A stretch of 64,000 nucleotides of DNA, from positions 11,533,818 to 11,597,817 of the forward strand of contig CM119265.1 of assembly GCA_051294375.1 (NCBI GenBank), given 5' to 3'. Below, piece by piece: positions 14,101-24,754 of the stretch (positions are counted from its first letter, which is position 1; each line of letters opens with the position of its first letter). Both the position numbers and the translations under genes were made by a program. The DNA comes from Paraspadella gotoi. Taxonomy: Eukaryota; Animalia; Chaetognatha. Under the pieces are notes generated by a model. That model saw only the letters and a list, made by a program, of their open reading frames with translations. It was not told the origin of the DNA and made no database searches.

Positions 14101-17100
14101 AGGTTTTTTTAATATATTCTTTTAAAATATTAACCAAAATCTTCGGAAAATCCACCCCTTCTTTGGAAGATTTTCGCCATAGAAGATTTTTCCCGAATCT
14201 GACTCCCGGTTGAAAACTCTTAGAATTCCGATCGTAAGCTCCCTCTTTTACTTTTACTTTAGATAAAAATTTCACCAAAATGGACTAATTCACTTTACCA
14301 TGATCGTTTCATATTAAATAATAAAATGTAAAGAAAAATTTGAGAGCCCTTCAGACATATGGCTATCGGATTCCTGAATTCGAAGTTTATTGTAAAATCA
14401 CAACATGCCTTAAATGCATTTATATAGTATTGAAGTTGAGAAATTCTTTTATTTTATATAGAAAAATTTAGATGAAAATGTTTTCCTAAGCGGACCAGTC
14501 CATTTAAATCTGATGGTTTGATGTCAAAATGATGGTTAATCATGAAGAGATGAAAAATGCAAGCCCTTCAGATGCAACAGGATCTGAATCGAGTCTTTTT
14601 ATATCAATTTATCGGAATTTTTCCCAGGACCGTTTATATTGTTTTGTAGTCAGATTTGAACGAAAATCTCCATTGAAAAAATCTTCCTCGATCTCTAAAA
14701 CGACGTCGACTCCTATTTAGAGTAGGAGTCTACGTCGTTCTTAGAGATCGAGGAAGACTTTTTCAATGGAGATTTTCATTCAAATCTGACTACCAAACAA
14801 TATAAGACACAATGAAAAATGGCGTAACGTTACTGTTCCGTGCATAAAAAAAATTCACTGTTCAATATTATTGTATTCTTTTTTATTTTTTTAAATGTTA
14901 TAGTTTCATATGTCGATATCCAAAATATCAATGCAAAATCTTTTTTTGTTTTTTAGATATGACCGAATATAGGGTGAAAGATGATAATTTTTTTAAAAAA
15001 AGTTACTTATTCATATTTATTCCTAGAATTGTAATAGAAAAAAATAAAAAAAAATAATAGTACCAATAGTTAGTGTTATGTCTCAAATAGATGGAAAAAA
15101 AACCTCATTTAAAAATTCGATCGGAAGTGGGGTAACTAAGGCTTACCAATGGCATCCTCCACGCGATTGTTCTCTCAAATAATTTTTTTTATTTAATACA
15201 TTTGAAAGGGAAAAAAAAGAAAATTTGGAATGCAGGTTTGCAGAAAGGGTACAAGATAATCTGGAACTTTTTGATATGATAACCATGACCTTTTATATCT
15301 TGTGAAATGGGGGCAGTAAAGAAATCTAAAAAATTTCATCATTAAGTCAGTCAATGAACCCTTTCCAATGGGCTATTACGCAGAAATATTTTTTCTTAAT
15401 TAAAATGGATGATAAATAATAGAATTAAATTCCTTGCTATATTTAAAAGAAAATTATCAATACAATTTAACACAATGATGTCTTGCTTTGTCAAATATAT
15501 TGCCAGCTATATAATTTTTTAAAACTTTATTATGATAAACAAGCAGTTGTGTCAAGCTTTTAGTTTGCAGTTAAAGATAATTAAAAAATGCCGATTTTTT
15601 TTTCAAGACAAGAAGGTAGATGTCCAGACTGTTTATATCAAGCTGAAAACATTTTTGTATTTATCATTTTTGATATTTAAAAAGACATTTTATCAAGCTA
15701 CAATATAAATTTTTGCTTGTTTTTTTACTTTAACTTAAAAATATAAGCAGTTTTATGGAATAAAGAAAATTTAATAATAAACAAAATATAATTCAGTCTT
15801 TCCTTTTTCAAATTACAAAAGAAAAATAAAAAATTTCATATGCCTTCATTGAAATTTTTAAAGCAAAAAACTGTTATACTTTTAACTCTGATTTAAACAA
15901 AAGCTGTGTAAAGATTTATAGATTTAATTTAATAAAACTTTTTAGAAAGGTGTCCCATGATTAGGGCTTTAATTTGATACCACACCCATCTTGCTAGCTC
16001 TTTTCTTTCAAAAGTTATTTAAAAAAAATAACTTTTTCCAAACTACGCAGTACAAATCTTTGTTAAATAAAAATTTTGGCAAAGCGGGAGGATCTCACTT
16101 ATTTCTATTGATACAATACTTAAATTTTAAAATAAAACTTGAAGAAAATTTTTTGTCATTTAGAGACATATCACTTTCAGATATACCCATTGTATAATAA
16201 TTGATTTATTATTTCCCCCAAAAAGCCTAATTAAAAAAGTTGAAATTTTTTCAAATTGTTGGAAAAAAATTTTGTCCGACCTATGCTCATTGAGAATAAT
16301 GGTTTTGCATAGAAAATCAGAAATATCAAAAAAAATAAAAAAATCAAGCCTCTAGAAAAATTGAAAGGCTAGAGGCTGATTTTTTTAGAATTGCAAATTT
16401 TTTTTCCTAACTCGAAATCCATTATTCTCAAGTTTCAAAATATTTTTTTCCAAAATCATTCAATCAATTTTTTTTTATTAATTTAAAATGTTTTTATGAT
16501 GTTGTTTTGTTTGAAAGAATTGAAAAAAAAATGAAAAAATATAGTAATTATATAAGGTTTTTTGGAAATACCTCTAAAATATTAGATAATTAAACACAAG
16601 GGGAATAAGCAGAGAAAACTTCCCATTCATAAAAAAAATTGAAAATGAATTTGTCATATTGTTATTTAGATTAATTGACTAATTACAAACATATAATTCA
16701 TATAAATTGAAGAAATGATGGGTAAAAAATATTCATCTTGGTCTCGGTTAACTATTAAGTTATCGTTAAAGTTTTGTTTTAATAATATTAATTTTTTTTT
16801 TGCATTTATAAAAGCAATGGTCTAAAATTTTGTAAGCGTTTCGAGCTATATTGCATCATCTTTTTTACTATTTTTGATCTATTTAGCTTTTTTGTTGATG
16901 GTCAAGGGTTATGGTCAGACACAATAATGTCCAGTAGTGTATATCGCACATATTACCAAAAGTAATAATCAATTAATTTGGCTCAGAAACAATTTTAAAG
17001 GGACAAAATCAGCACGAGACAGTAACGCCACGTTATTTTTCATTGTGTCATAAACGCTCCTGGTAAAAATTCTGGTAAAATATCGATGTAAAAACACTTG

Positions 17101-20100
17101 ATTCCGATCCTGTTGCATCTGAAGGGCTCGCATTTTTTTTCTCTTGTCAAATCATCAACATCTTGATATCAAACAAGCCAGAACAAATAGACTGCTTCTG
17201 GACGGAAAAATTTTCCATCTGATTTTATATAGAAATGAAAGGGATTTTTTTCCTTGAAAACGATATAAACGTGACTGAGGTATGTTCCTGTTCAACAAAT
17301 GAGGTCCAATTTTGGAATCCTTTGGCAAAGTGTCTGAAGGGCTCTCAAAATTTTTTCTTTACATTTTATTAGGTTATTTTGATATGATACGATCATGGTA
17401 AAGTGAATTAGTCCATTTTGGTGAAATTTTTATTTAAAGTAAAAGTAAAAGAGGAGCTAACGACCGGAATTCTAAGAGTTTTCAACCGGGAGTCAGATTC
17501 GGGAAAAATCTTCTATGGCGAAAATCTTCCAAGAAGGGGTGAATTTTTCCGAAGATTTTGGTTAATATTTTCTATATTTATAGTCGCATTTTTTTGAAAC
17601 TTAATATTAACAATATTGCCATCATTCTACCTTGGCCGGTATAAGAATATATTAAAAAAGCCTCGNNNNNNNNNNNNNNNNNNNNNNNNNAGTCAGATTT
17701 GAACGAAAATCTCCATTGAAAAAATCTTCCTCGATCTCTAAAACGACGTCGACTCCTATTTAGAGTAGGAGTCTACGTCGTTCTTAGAGATCGAGGAAGA
17801 CTTTTTCAATGGAGATTTTCATTCAAATCTGACTACCAAACAATATAAGACACAATGAAAAATGGCCGTAACGATTACTGTTCCGTGCATAAAAAAATTC
17901 ACTGTTCAATATTATTGTATTTCTTTTTTATTTTTTTAAATGTTATAGTTTCATATGTCGATATCCAAAATATCAATGCAAAATCTTTTTTTGTTTTTTA
18001 GATATGACCGAATATAGGGTGAAAGATGATAATTTTTTTAAAAAAAAGTTACTTATTCATATTTATTCCTAGAATTGTAATAGAAAAAATAAAAAAAAAT
18101 AATAGTACCAATAGTTAGTGTTATGTCTCAAATAGATGGAAAAAAAACCTCATTTAAAAATTCGATCGGAAGTGGGGTAACTAAGGCTTACAAAATGCGC
18201 ATCCTCCCACGCGATTGTTCTCTCAAAAATTTTTTTTATTTAATACATTTGAAAGGGAAAAAAAAGAAAATTTGGAATGCAGGTTGCAGAAAGGGTACAG
18301 ATAATCTGGACTTTTTGATATGATAACCATGACCTTTTATATCTTGTGAAATGGGGGCAGTAAAGAAATCTAAAAAATTTCATCATTAAGTCAGTCAATG
18401 AACCCTTTCCAATGGGCTATTACGAGAAATTTTTTTCTTAATTAAAATGGATGATAAATAATAGAATTAAATTCCTTGCATATTTAAAAGAAAATTATCA
18501 ATACAATTTAACACAATGATGTCTTGCTTTGTCAAATATATTGCCAGCTATATAAATTTTTAAAACTTTATTATGATAAACAAGCAGTGTGTCAAGCTTT
18601 TAGTTTGCAGTTAAAGATAATTAAAAATGCCGATTTTTTTTCAACAGACAAGAAGGTAGATGTCCAGACTGTTTATATCAGCTGAAAACATTTTTGTATT
18701 TATCATTTTTGATATTTAAAAAGACATTTTATCAAGCTCATAATAAAATTTTTGCTTGTTTTTTACTTTAACTTAAAAATATAAGCAGTTTTATTGGAAT
18801 AAAGAAAATTTAATAATAATCAAAAATATAATTCAGTCTTTCCTTTTTCAAATTACAAAAGAAATAAAAAATTTCATATGCCTTCATTGAAATTTTTAAA
18901 GCAAAAAACTGTTATACTTTTAACTCTGATTTAAACAAAAGCTGTTAAGATTTATAGATTTAATTTAATAAAACTTTTTAGAAAGGTGTCCCATGATTAG
19001 GGCTTTTAATTTGATACCACACCCATCTTGCTAGCTCTTTTTCTTTCAAAAGTTATTTAAAAAAATAACTTTTTTCAAACTACGCAGTACAAATCTTTGT
19101 TAAATTAAAAATTTGGCAAAGCGGGAGGATCTCACTTATTTCTATTGATACAATACTTAAATTTTAAAATAAAACTTGAAGAAAATTTTTTGTCCAATTT
19201 AGAGACATATCACTTTCAGATATACCCATTGTATAATAATTGATTTATTTATTTCCCCCAAAAAAGCCCTAATTAAAAAAGTTGAAATTTTTTCAAATTG
19301 TTGGAAAAAAATTTTGTCCGACCTATGCTCATTGAGAATAATGGTTTTGCATAGAAAATCAGAAATATCAAAAAAATAAAAAATATCAAGCCTCTAGAAA
19401 AATTGAAAGGCTAGAGGCTGATTTTTTTAGAATTGCAAATTTTTTTCCTAACTCGAAATCCATTATTCTCAAGTTTCAAAATATTTTTTTCCAAAACATA
19501 ATTCAATCAATTTTTTTTTATTAATTTAAAATGTTTTTATGATGTTGTTTTGTTTGAAAGAATTGAAAAAAAATGAAAAAATATAGTAATTATATAAGGT
19601 TTTTGGAAATACCTCTAAAATATTAGATAATTAAACACAAGGGGAATAAGCAGAGAAAACTTCCCATTCATAAAAAAAAATTGAAATGAATTTGTCATAT
19701 TGTTATTTAGATTAATTACTAATTACAAACATATAATTCATATAAATTGAAGAAATGATGGGTAAAAAATATTCATCTTGGGTCTCGGTTAACTATTCAG
19801 TTATCGTTAAAGTTTTGTTTTAATAATATTAATTTTTTTTTTGCATTTATAAAGCAATGGTCTAAAAATTTTGTAAGCGTTTCGAGCTATATTGCATCAT
19901 CTTTTTTACTATTTTTGATCTATTTAGCTTTTTTGTTGATGGTCAAGGGTTATGGTCAGACACAATAATGTCCAGTAGTGTATATCGCACATATTACCAA
20001 AAGTAATAATCAATTAATTTGGCTCAGAAACATTTTAAAGGGACAAAATCAGCACACGAACAGTAACGCCACGTTATTTTTCATTGTGTCATAAACGCTC

Positions 20101-22163
20101 CTGGTAAAAATTCTGGTAAAATATCGATGTAAAAACACTTGATTCCGATCCTGTTGCATCTGAAGGGCTCGCATTTTTTTTCTCTTGTCAAATCATCAAC
20201 ATCTTGATATCAAACAAGCCAGAACAAATAGACTGCTTCTGGACGGAAAAATTTTCCATCTGATTTTATATAGAAATGAAAGGGATTTTTTTTCTTTGAA
20301 AACGATATAAACGTGACTGAGGTATGTTCCTGTTCAACAAATGAGGTCCAATTTTGGAATCCTTTGGCAAAGTGTCTGAAGGGCTCTCAAAATTTTTCTT
20401 TACATTTTATTAGGTTATTTTGATATGATACGATCATGGTAAAGTGAATTAGTCCATTTTGGTGAAATTTTTATTTAAAGTAAAAGTAAAAGAGGAGCTA
20501 ACGACCGGAATTCTAAGAGTTTTCAACCGGGAGTCAGATTCGGGAAAAATCTTCTATGGCGAAAATCTTCCAAAGAGGGTGAATTTTCCGAAGATTTTGG
20601 TTAATATTTTCTATATTTATAGTCGCATTTTTTTGAAACTTAATATTAACAATATTGCCATCATTCTACCTTGGCCGGTATAAGAATATATTAAAAAAGC
20701 CTCGGGCTTTGTTCGTCAGAGCTTAGTCCTATTTAGAGATTAAATTGCTCGTAAGATCTGTCACGTATTGCTTGGGCAAAAAAAAAAGCATGCTATAGTA
20801 TAAAACTTTTTTTATTTACTTTTCTCTTTTGAACTTTCTCTCTGTCCCTCTCTCTTTCTCTTTGTTTTTTCCCCCTTTTTCTTACTTTTCTCTCCTCATA
20901 ATTATCTGTGTCATCCATTCTTTTTTCCTTTACCTTTATTTCCCTTCCGCTCTATCTCTGCTTTTCTCTCCCTCTCTGATTCTCTTTCTTCCTTCTTGTT
21001 CTTTCTTTCTCTCTTAATCATTCTCGTTCTTCCTCTTCTCCCCATATAATAACTCGGGCTTTGTTCGTCAGAGCTTAGTCCTATTTAGAGATTAAATTGC
21101 TCGTAAGATCTGTCACGTATTGCTTGGGCAAAAAAAAAAAGCATGCTATAGTATAAAACTTTTTTTATTTACTTTTCTCTTTTGAACTTTCTCTCTGTCC
21201 CCTCTCTTTCTCTTTGTTTTTCCCCCTTTTTCTTACTTTTCTCTCCTCATAATTATCTGTGTCATCCATTCTTTCTTCCTTTACCTTTATTTCCCTTCCG
21301 CTCTATCTCTGCTTCTCTCCCTCTCTGATTCTCTTTCTTCCTTCTTGTTCTTTCTTTTCTCTTAATCATTCTCGTTCTTCCTCTTCTCCCCATATAATAA
21401 TTTTTTTCCACTTGTTCTCTCAGAAGTCGAAAGTGAAAATGGACAAAAATGGACAGGATTTTACCCCCTAAATGTTGCAAAAATTGTACTTTTTTATCAT
21501 TAGAAACAGGTAGAGATGATTTTAACCAATCCCTAGTTCGGCCCAATTTGTATTGTGGTACAAATTAAATTAATATTGTAAGTAACAACTGAGCAATATT
21601 AGAAAAAGTTGTTTTTTTGCTAAATGCGACGTTTGTAAGCGGAACCATAATTAAAAGAGAGATAGAGAACGAGAGAGAAGCTGGATAGCCTTTTACACTT
21701 ATAATTTACGATGGTAAAGAAGCGTGACGCTGCCACCAACGACAACGACGGTCACAAAAAAGAAGAGGCGATTCTTAATATCGCCCAAGTCAGGCTTTTG
21801 CCCGTTTGGCGAGATAAAAAAAGAAAACTACTAATCTCAAACTTCGGCCGAATAAAGAATGCGAAACCCCACCCCTTTTTCTGCAATTCGATTTCCCATC
21901 CCCCTCCCCATAAATTCGACTGACCTGTCAAAGTCGACGCTTGCGTCGCTAAACAACGCCGAGTGAAACATTTCGAATCCGGGATCTACTGTGACGAGCG
22001 CCGCTAGACCGGTGACGCCGACTTCGTGCACCGTGGCGCGGTCCAACGACGCCGCCTCCTTCTCGTCGAAGAGAAGAGAAACTCGTTTTCGGTCGGACGC
22101 GAACTGCGAAGTGACGTGCGGCAACGTCAAAGCGCGCAACTGCTGCGCCAAAGGAGTCGTCAT
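2176..22163 (-). CDS. HEATR1: HEAT repeat-containing protein 1 / U3 snoRNP protein UTP10 (BP28), 5' part; gene continues past window position 1
   Basis: Exons 22163-21925, 5543-4852, 4777-4325, 4095-3479, 3119-2974 and 2899-2176 have GT-AG boundaries with consistent phases (957 codons). The N-terminus MTTPLAQQLRALTLP..KRVSLLFDEKEAASLDRAT and FLFRLSPFVLLRPAQKALEWLFFRFQIHIFNADSLLLALLPFHETNLFVRAVQ match the UTP10/HEATR1 N-terminal signature. The length of intron 1 is inflated by assembly duplication. Confidence 0.93.
6470..6879 (-). mobile_element. Same LTR (6879-6627) followed by a PBS-like TGG motif, a short internal segment, a (CT)n run and a repeated LTR 3' end
   Basis: On the minus strand the LTR end GCCATA is followed by AG-TGGTGAGCCC (from 6624), the usual LTR-PBS spacing. 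The LTR terminal 27 bp recur at 6506-6532. Possible AAAC duplication at 6466-6469 and 6880-6883. Artefactual duplicate at ~13562-13972. Confidence 0.6.
7557..14650. other. Assembly artefact: error-rich duplicate of 3107-7556
   Basis: 7557 to ~10130 re-reads HEATR1 exons and introns with dense indels. ~10130-12690 is C/A-rich noise with embedded exon fragments. ~12695-14650 is near-identical to 5598-7556. Confidence 0.9.
14072..14715 (+). mobile_element. Non-autonomous DNA transposon with TAGG...CCTA termini (7-bp-TSD family), diverged subfamily; the same copy begins at 6979 before the assembly break
   Basis: Ends are TAGGACTAAGCTCTGACG and GTCGACTCCTA, flanked by TTTAGAA / TTTAGAG. Homologous along its length to 42964-43917 and 51739-52478. 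Confidence 0.75.
14648..20705. other. Assembly artefact: ~3-kb direct duplication either side of a 25-N gap (17666-17690)
   Basis: 14648-17665 and 17691-20705 differ almost only by homopolymer indels. Confidence 0.88.
17766..20731 (-). mobile_element. 7-bp-TSD TAGG...CCTA transposon carrying a nested 2.2-kb TIR element; duplicated artefactually at 14723-17665
   Basis: Ends are TAGGAGTCTACG and GCTTAGTCCTA, with TTTAGAG on both sides (17759-17765 and 20732-20738). Confidence 0.75.
17849..20090. mobile_element. 2.2-kb AT-rich non-autonomous TIR element with 4-bp TSD (ATAA); duplicate at 14806-17049
   Basis: TIRs GACACAATGAAAAAT / ATTTTTCATTGTGTC with ATAA on both sides. The empty site CAAACAATATAAACGCTCC is visible in the paralogous host copy at ~43035-43053. 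Confidence 0.8.
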
Positions 22164-22530
22164 ATTTATTTTTGTTTGTAACAGTTAAAAGAAAATTAGC
22201 ACCGATAAGAGAAAAGTATATTATGTATCTTTGATCTGAAAAAAAAAAGAAGTTAGAATTATACATAGTTCTTCGGCATAAATTGGTGTCGGGCTTCGGA
22301 AAAATAAAATATTCGTGCGAATGTAAATATGTTTTGTATGTATTTTGTATAATATTTTCAGTAGTGAAAGAATCAGATTTTTGTCAAATTTTTATAACAT
22401 TTGTTCGTAGACTAAGTAATATTAAATAATATTAAAGCCAAGGAGGATGGGGCAATTGATGCTACAAAAGATATTAAAATTAACCCCTTTTGGACCTTCC
22501 GATAAAAACGGTTAAATCGCCTCTCAGCTA

Positions 22531-24139
22531 CTAAACGGTGTCTTCCCAGAAATAGACCCAAGCCTCGACCACCTTTCTCTGATACGGCAAAACCGCTCTT
22601 TGTCCAAAAGCCGCAAACGCAGCTCCGAAGATCGCGCCGCCCAAGTGAGCCGCGTGATCGAATTTTTTAAAACCCATCAAAAGACAGGCGGCGTCGAGGG
22701 CGATCACGAGAGCAAGGACGACAATGCTCGGCATGGAAACGCCCGACAGATAATACATGACCAAGTCATCGTTCGGGTACAAAACGCAAACGGCAGCGAA
22801 GAGACCGAGCGCTGCGCCGGAAGCGCCCTTGGTGTCGAAACTGTGACGACGCGCCACCTTAACTGCGTGGGAAGTCAGCGAAGCGATCGTTCCCGCGGAC
22901 AAGTAGAGCGCAATCGCCGTCTCTTTGCCCAAGTTGTAAACGGCCGAGGGAAGCGAGTAAACGAAAAGGAACATGGTGGCGATGAGATGGAAGAAGCTCG
23001 AATGAGAAAAAATGGAAAGGATCATGGGCAAGCATGTCGATTTGCTGAAGGGATTCGAAGTGAAGAGACGACGCATTGTCCGGGTGGGAAAAACAAACCA
23101 CAATAGGTAAACCATTAGGTTGACGATGATCCAACTCAAAATCAGCTTCACTCGACAATCACGCCGGTGCAAATGAGAACGTTAAGAATAAGAATATTCG
23201 TCGACAAAGGAGATTACAGAAATATAAAAATATTGTCTCACTAATTAACAGCTAATAACTATTGTAAACTTCGTTTCGCAGACGTTTTGGTAAAACACTG
23301 AACATAATAAAAGTATTATGGCAACAGCCGGGTTGCCTGTGATGCCCATTGGGATGGGGCATCTCACTGTTGGCTTTGGGGACTTCCGACCCTCAGTGAC
23401 GCATCCAGTCACTGGCGCGGTTACCCTAGGACGGTCTCGCTTTGCCAACGCAGAGGGAAGTCATTAGGACTGTGGATGGAACACTACGCCTGGGATGGTG
23501 TGTTCCCCCTCTGAGCCAATGGATTTGGCTGAACGATGGTGGACGTGAGGCGGTGTGAATATACCGCCACAGTATCCTTATTTTTTTATGGTATTGGAAA
23601 TCTTATGATTTACATATATATCAGTGAGGTTACGAAAATTGCAAACTTACAATTTTTTTTTTTATATTTAAAAAATATAATTGAATCCCAAATATTCTAT
23701 AAATACTTGGTCTTTCCCTACCGTCCTCATTAGCGACCTTGCTTTCGTCCTTAATTCGACCCCACTTGGAATGTTGATACGAGGCCTTCGCGTGAGTCAT
23801 GGAGAACAGGCGTTGAGGATCGGGATTTCTGGAAGTCCTGGACTCGATCCTCGCCTCCTCGTAAGTGTAAACCGCGGAGATGGCGAAGGCGCCCAAGCAA
23901 GTGACGGCGGCGAAGAGGACGGGTTTCAGCAGGAGGCGTCCGAATCCGCCTGCGAGTGGGTCAGGAACTTTCGAACCCAATTCTCTTCGGTAACCGGAAC
24001 CGATGTTTTCCCTTTCCGATTCTCTCTTTGGATCCATAATCGAAAAGCGACGGCGAAGGGGCGAGGAAAGAGCGGACGGAACAACAGAGAACCGAGTTTT
24101 AGGTAAAAGAAAAAATGCCTGGCGGAAAACGGAACACAT
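22531..24139 (-). CDS. PARL: Mitochondrial rhomboid intramembrane serine protease, PARL-like
   Basis: Exon 1 (24139 to ~23722) encodes an Arg/Ser-rich presequence-like N-terminus and LLKPVLFAAVTCLGAFAISAVYTYE. Exon 2 (~23151-22531) encodes FTSNPFSK..CLPMILSIFSH, catalytic GASG and FDHAAHLGGAIFG. The exact exon-2 acceptor is uncertain (GAG at phase 1 or AAG at phase 0). Confidence 0.88.
23317..23571 (-). mobile_element. Solo LTR-like element (255 bp), highly structured, in the PARL intron
   Basis: Minus-strand termini TGTGGC...GCCATA, flanked by the 4-bp duplication GTAT (23313-23316 and 23572-23575). Near-identical copies at 6627-6879 and 13720-13972, and a diverged partial copy at ~39715-39911. 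Confidence 0.7.
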
Positions 24140-24754
24140 TTGTCTTTTAGCGGCAGAAACTTGTCAGACTTTCAAGACTCGAACACCAGGTAACGTTAAC
24201 AAAAGTTCAAATATTTTTAAAGATATTTCTCTTTAAACTTTGCGTTTAAACGGTGAAAAATAAGAAAATAGAAATGATAAAAGGGTGAGAAATTTAACCA
24301 GCAAATTTTTTTAAGCGCAAATGTAAAGAATGATTGAAAAAGGCACAGAATCAAATGCTGTAAATATAAAAATATCAGTATATAAGAAATATAACAATAT
24401 TATCACATCGACGTTACATAACTTGAAATTGAAAAAAAAAAAAACGCATCGGCAAATTTGTGGCTCAAAGATAGGCAAGATAGATAAGAGGAACAGCAGC
24501 TAAGACTGAAGAGATCAAACAAAAACTACGTAAAATAACAATAGATTTGTAAAGGGTGTAAAATTAGAAAAACGACTGCCTCCGTAAAAATAACAATATA
24601 AATTCGAATATAATTTCAAAACAATCGGTGCTAGATTGAGTAGAGATAGATCCGTTAAAATAATTTTGTACATCAAGTTGTACATAACGAATTGGGAGAG
24701 GAATAGGCCTCTCAGAGAAGGAAGTAAAACTAATTCCCAATGAATAGGAAGTAA

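Noticed and set aside
20701-21400. ~350-bp tandem duplication and CT-rich ORFs
   Set aside because: It begins at the same breakpoint as the gap-associated duplication, so it is likely an artefact. The ORFs are low-complexity.
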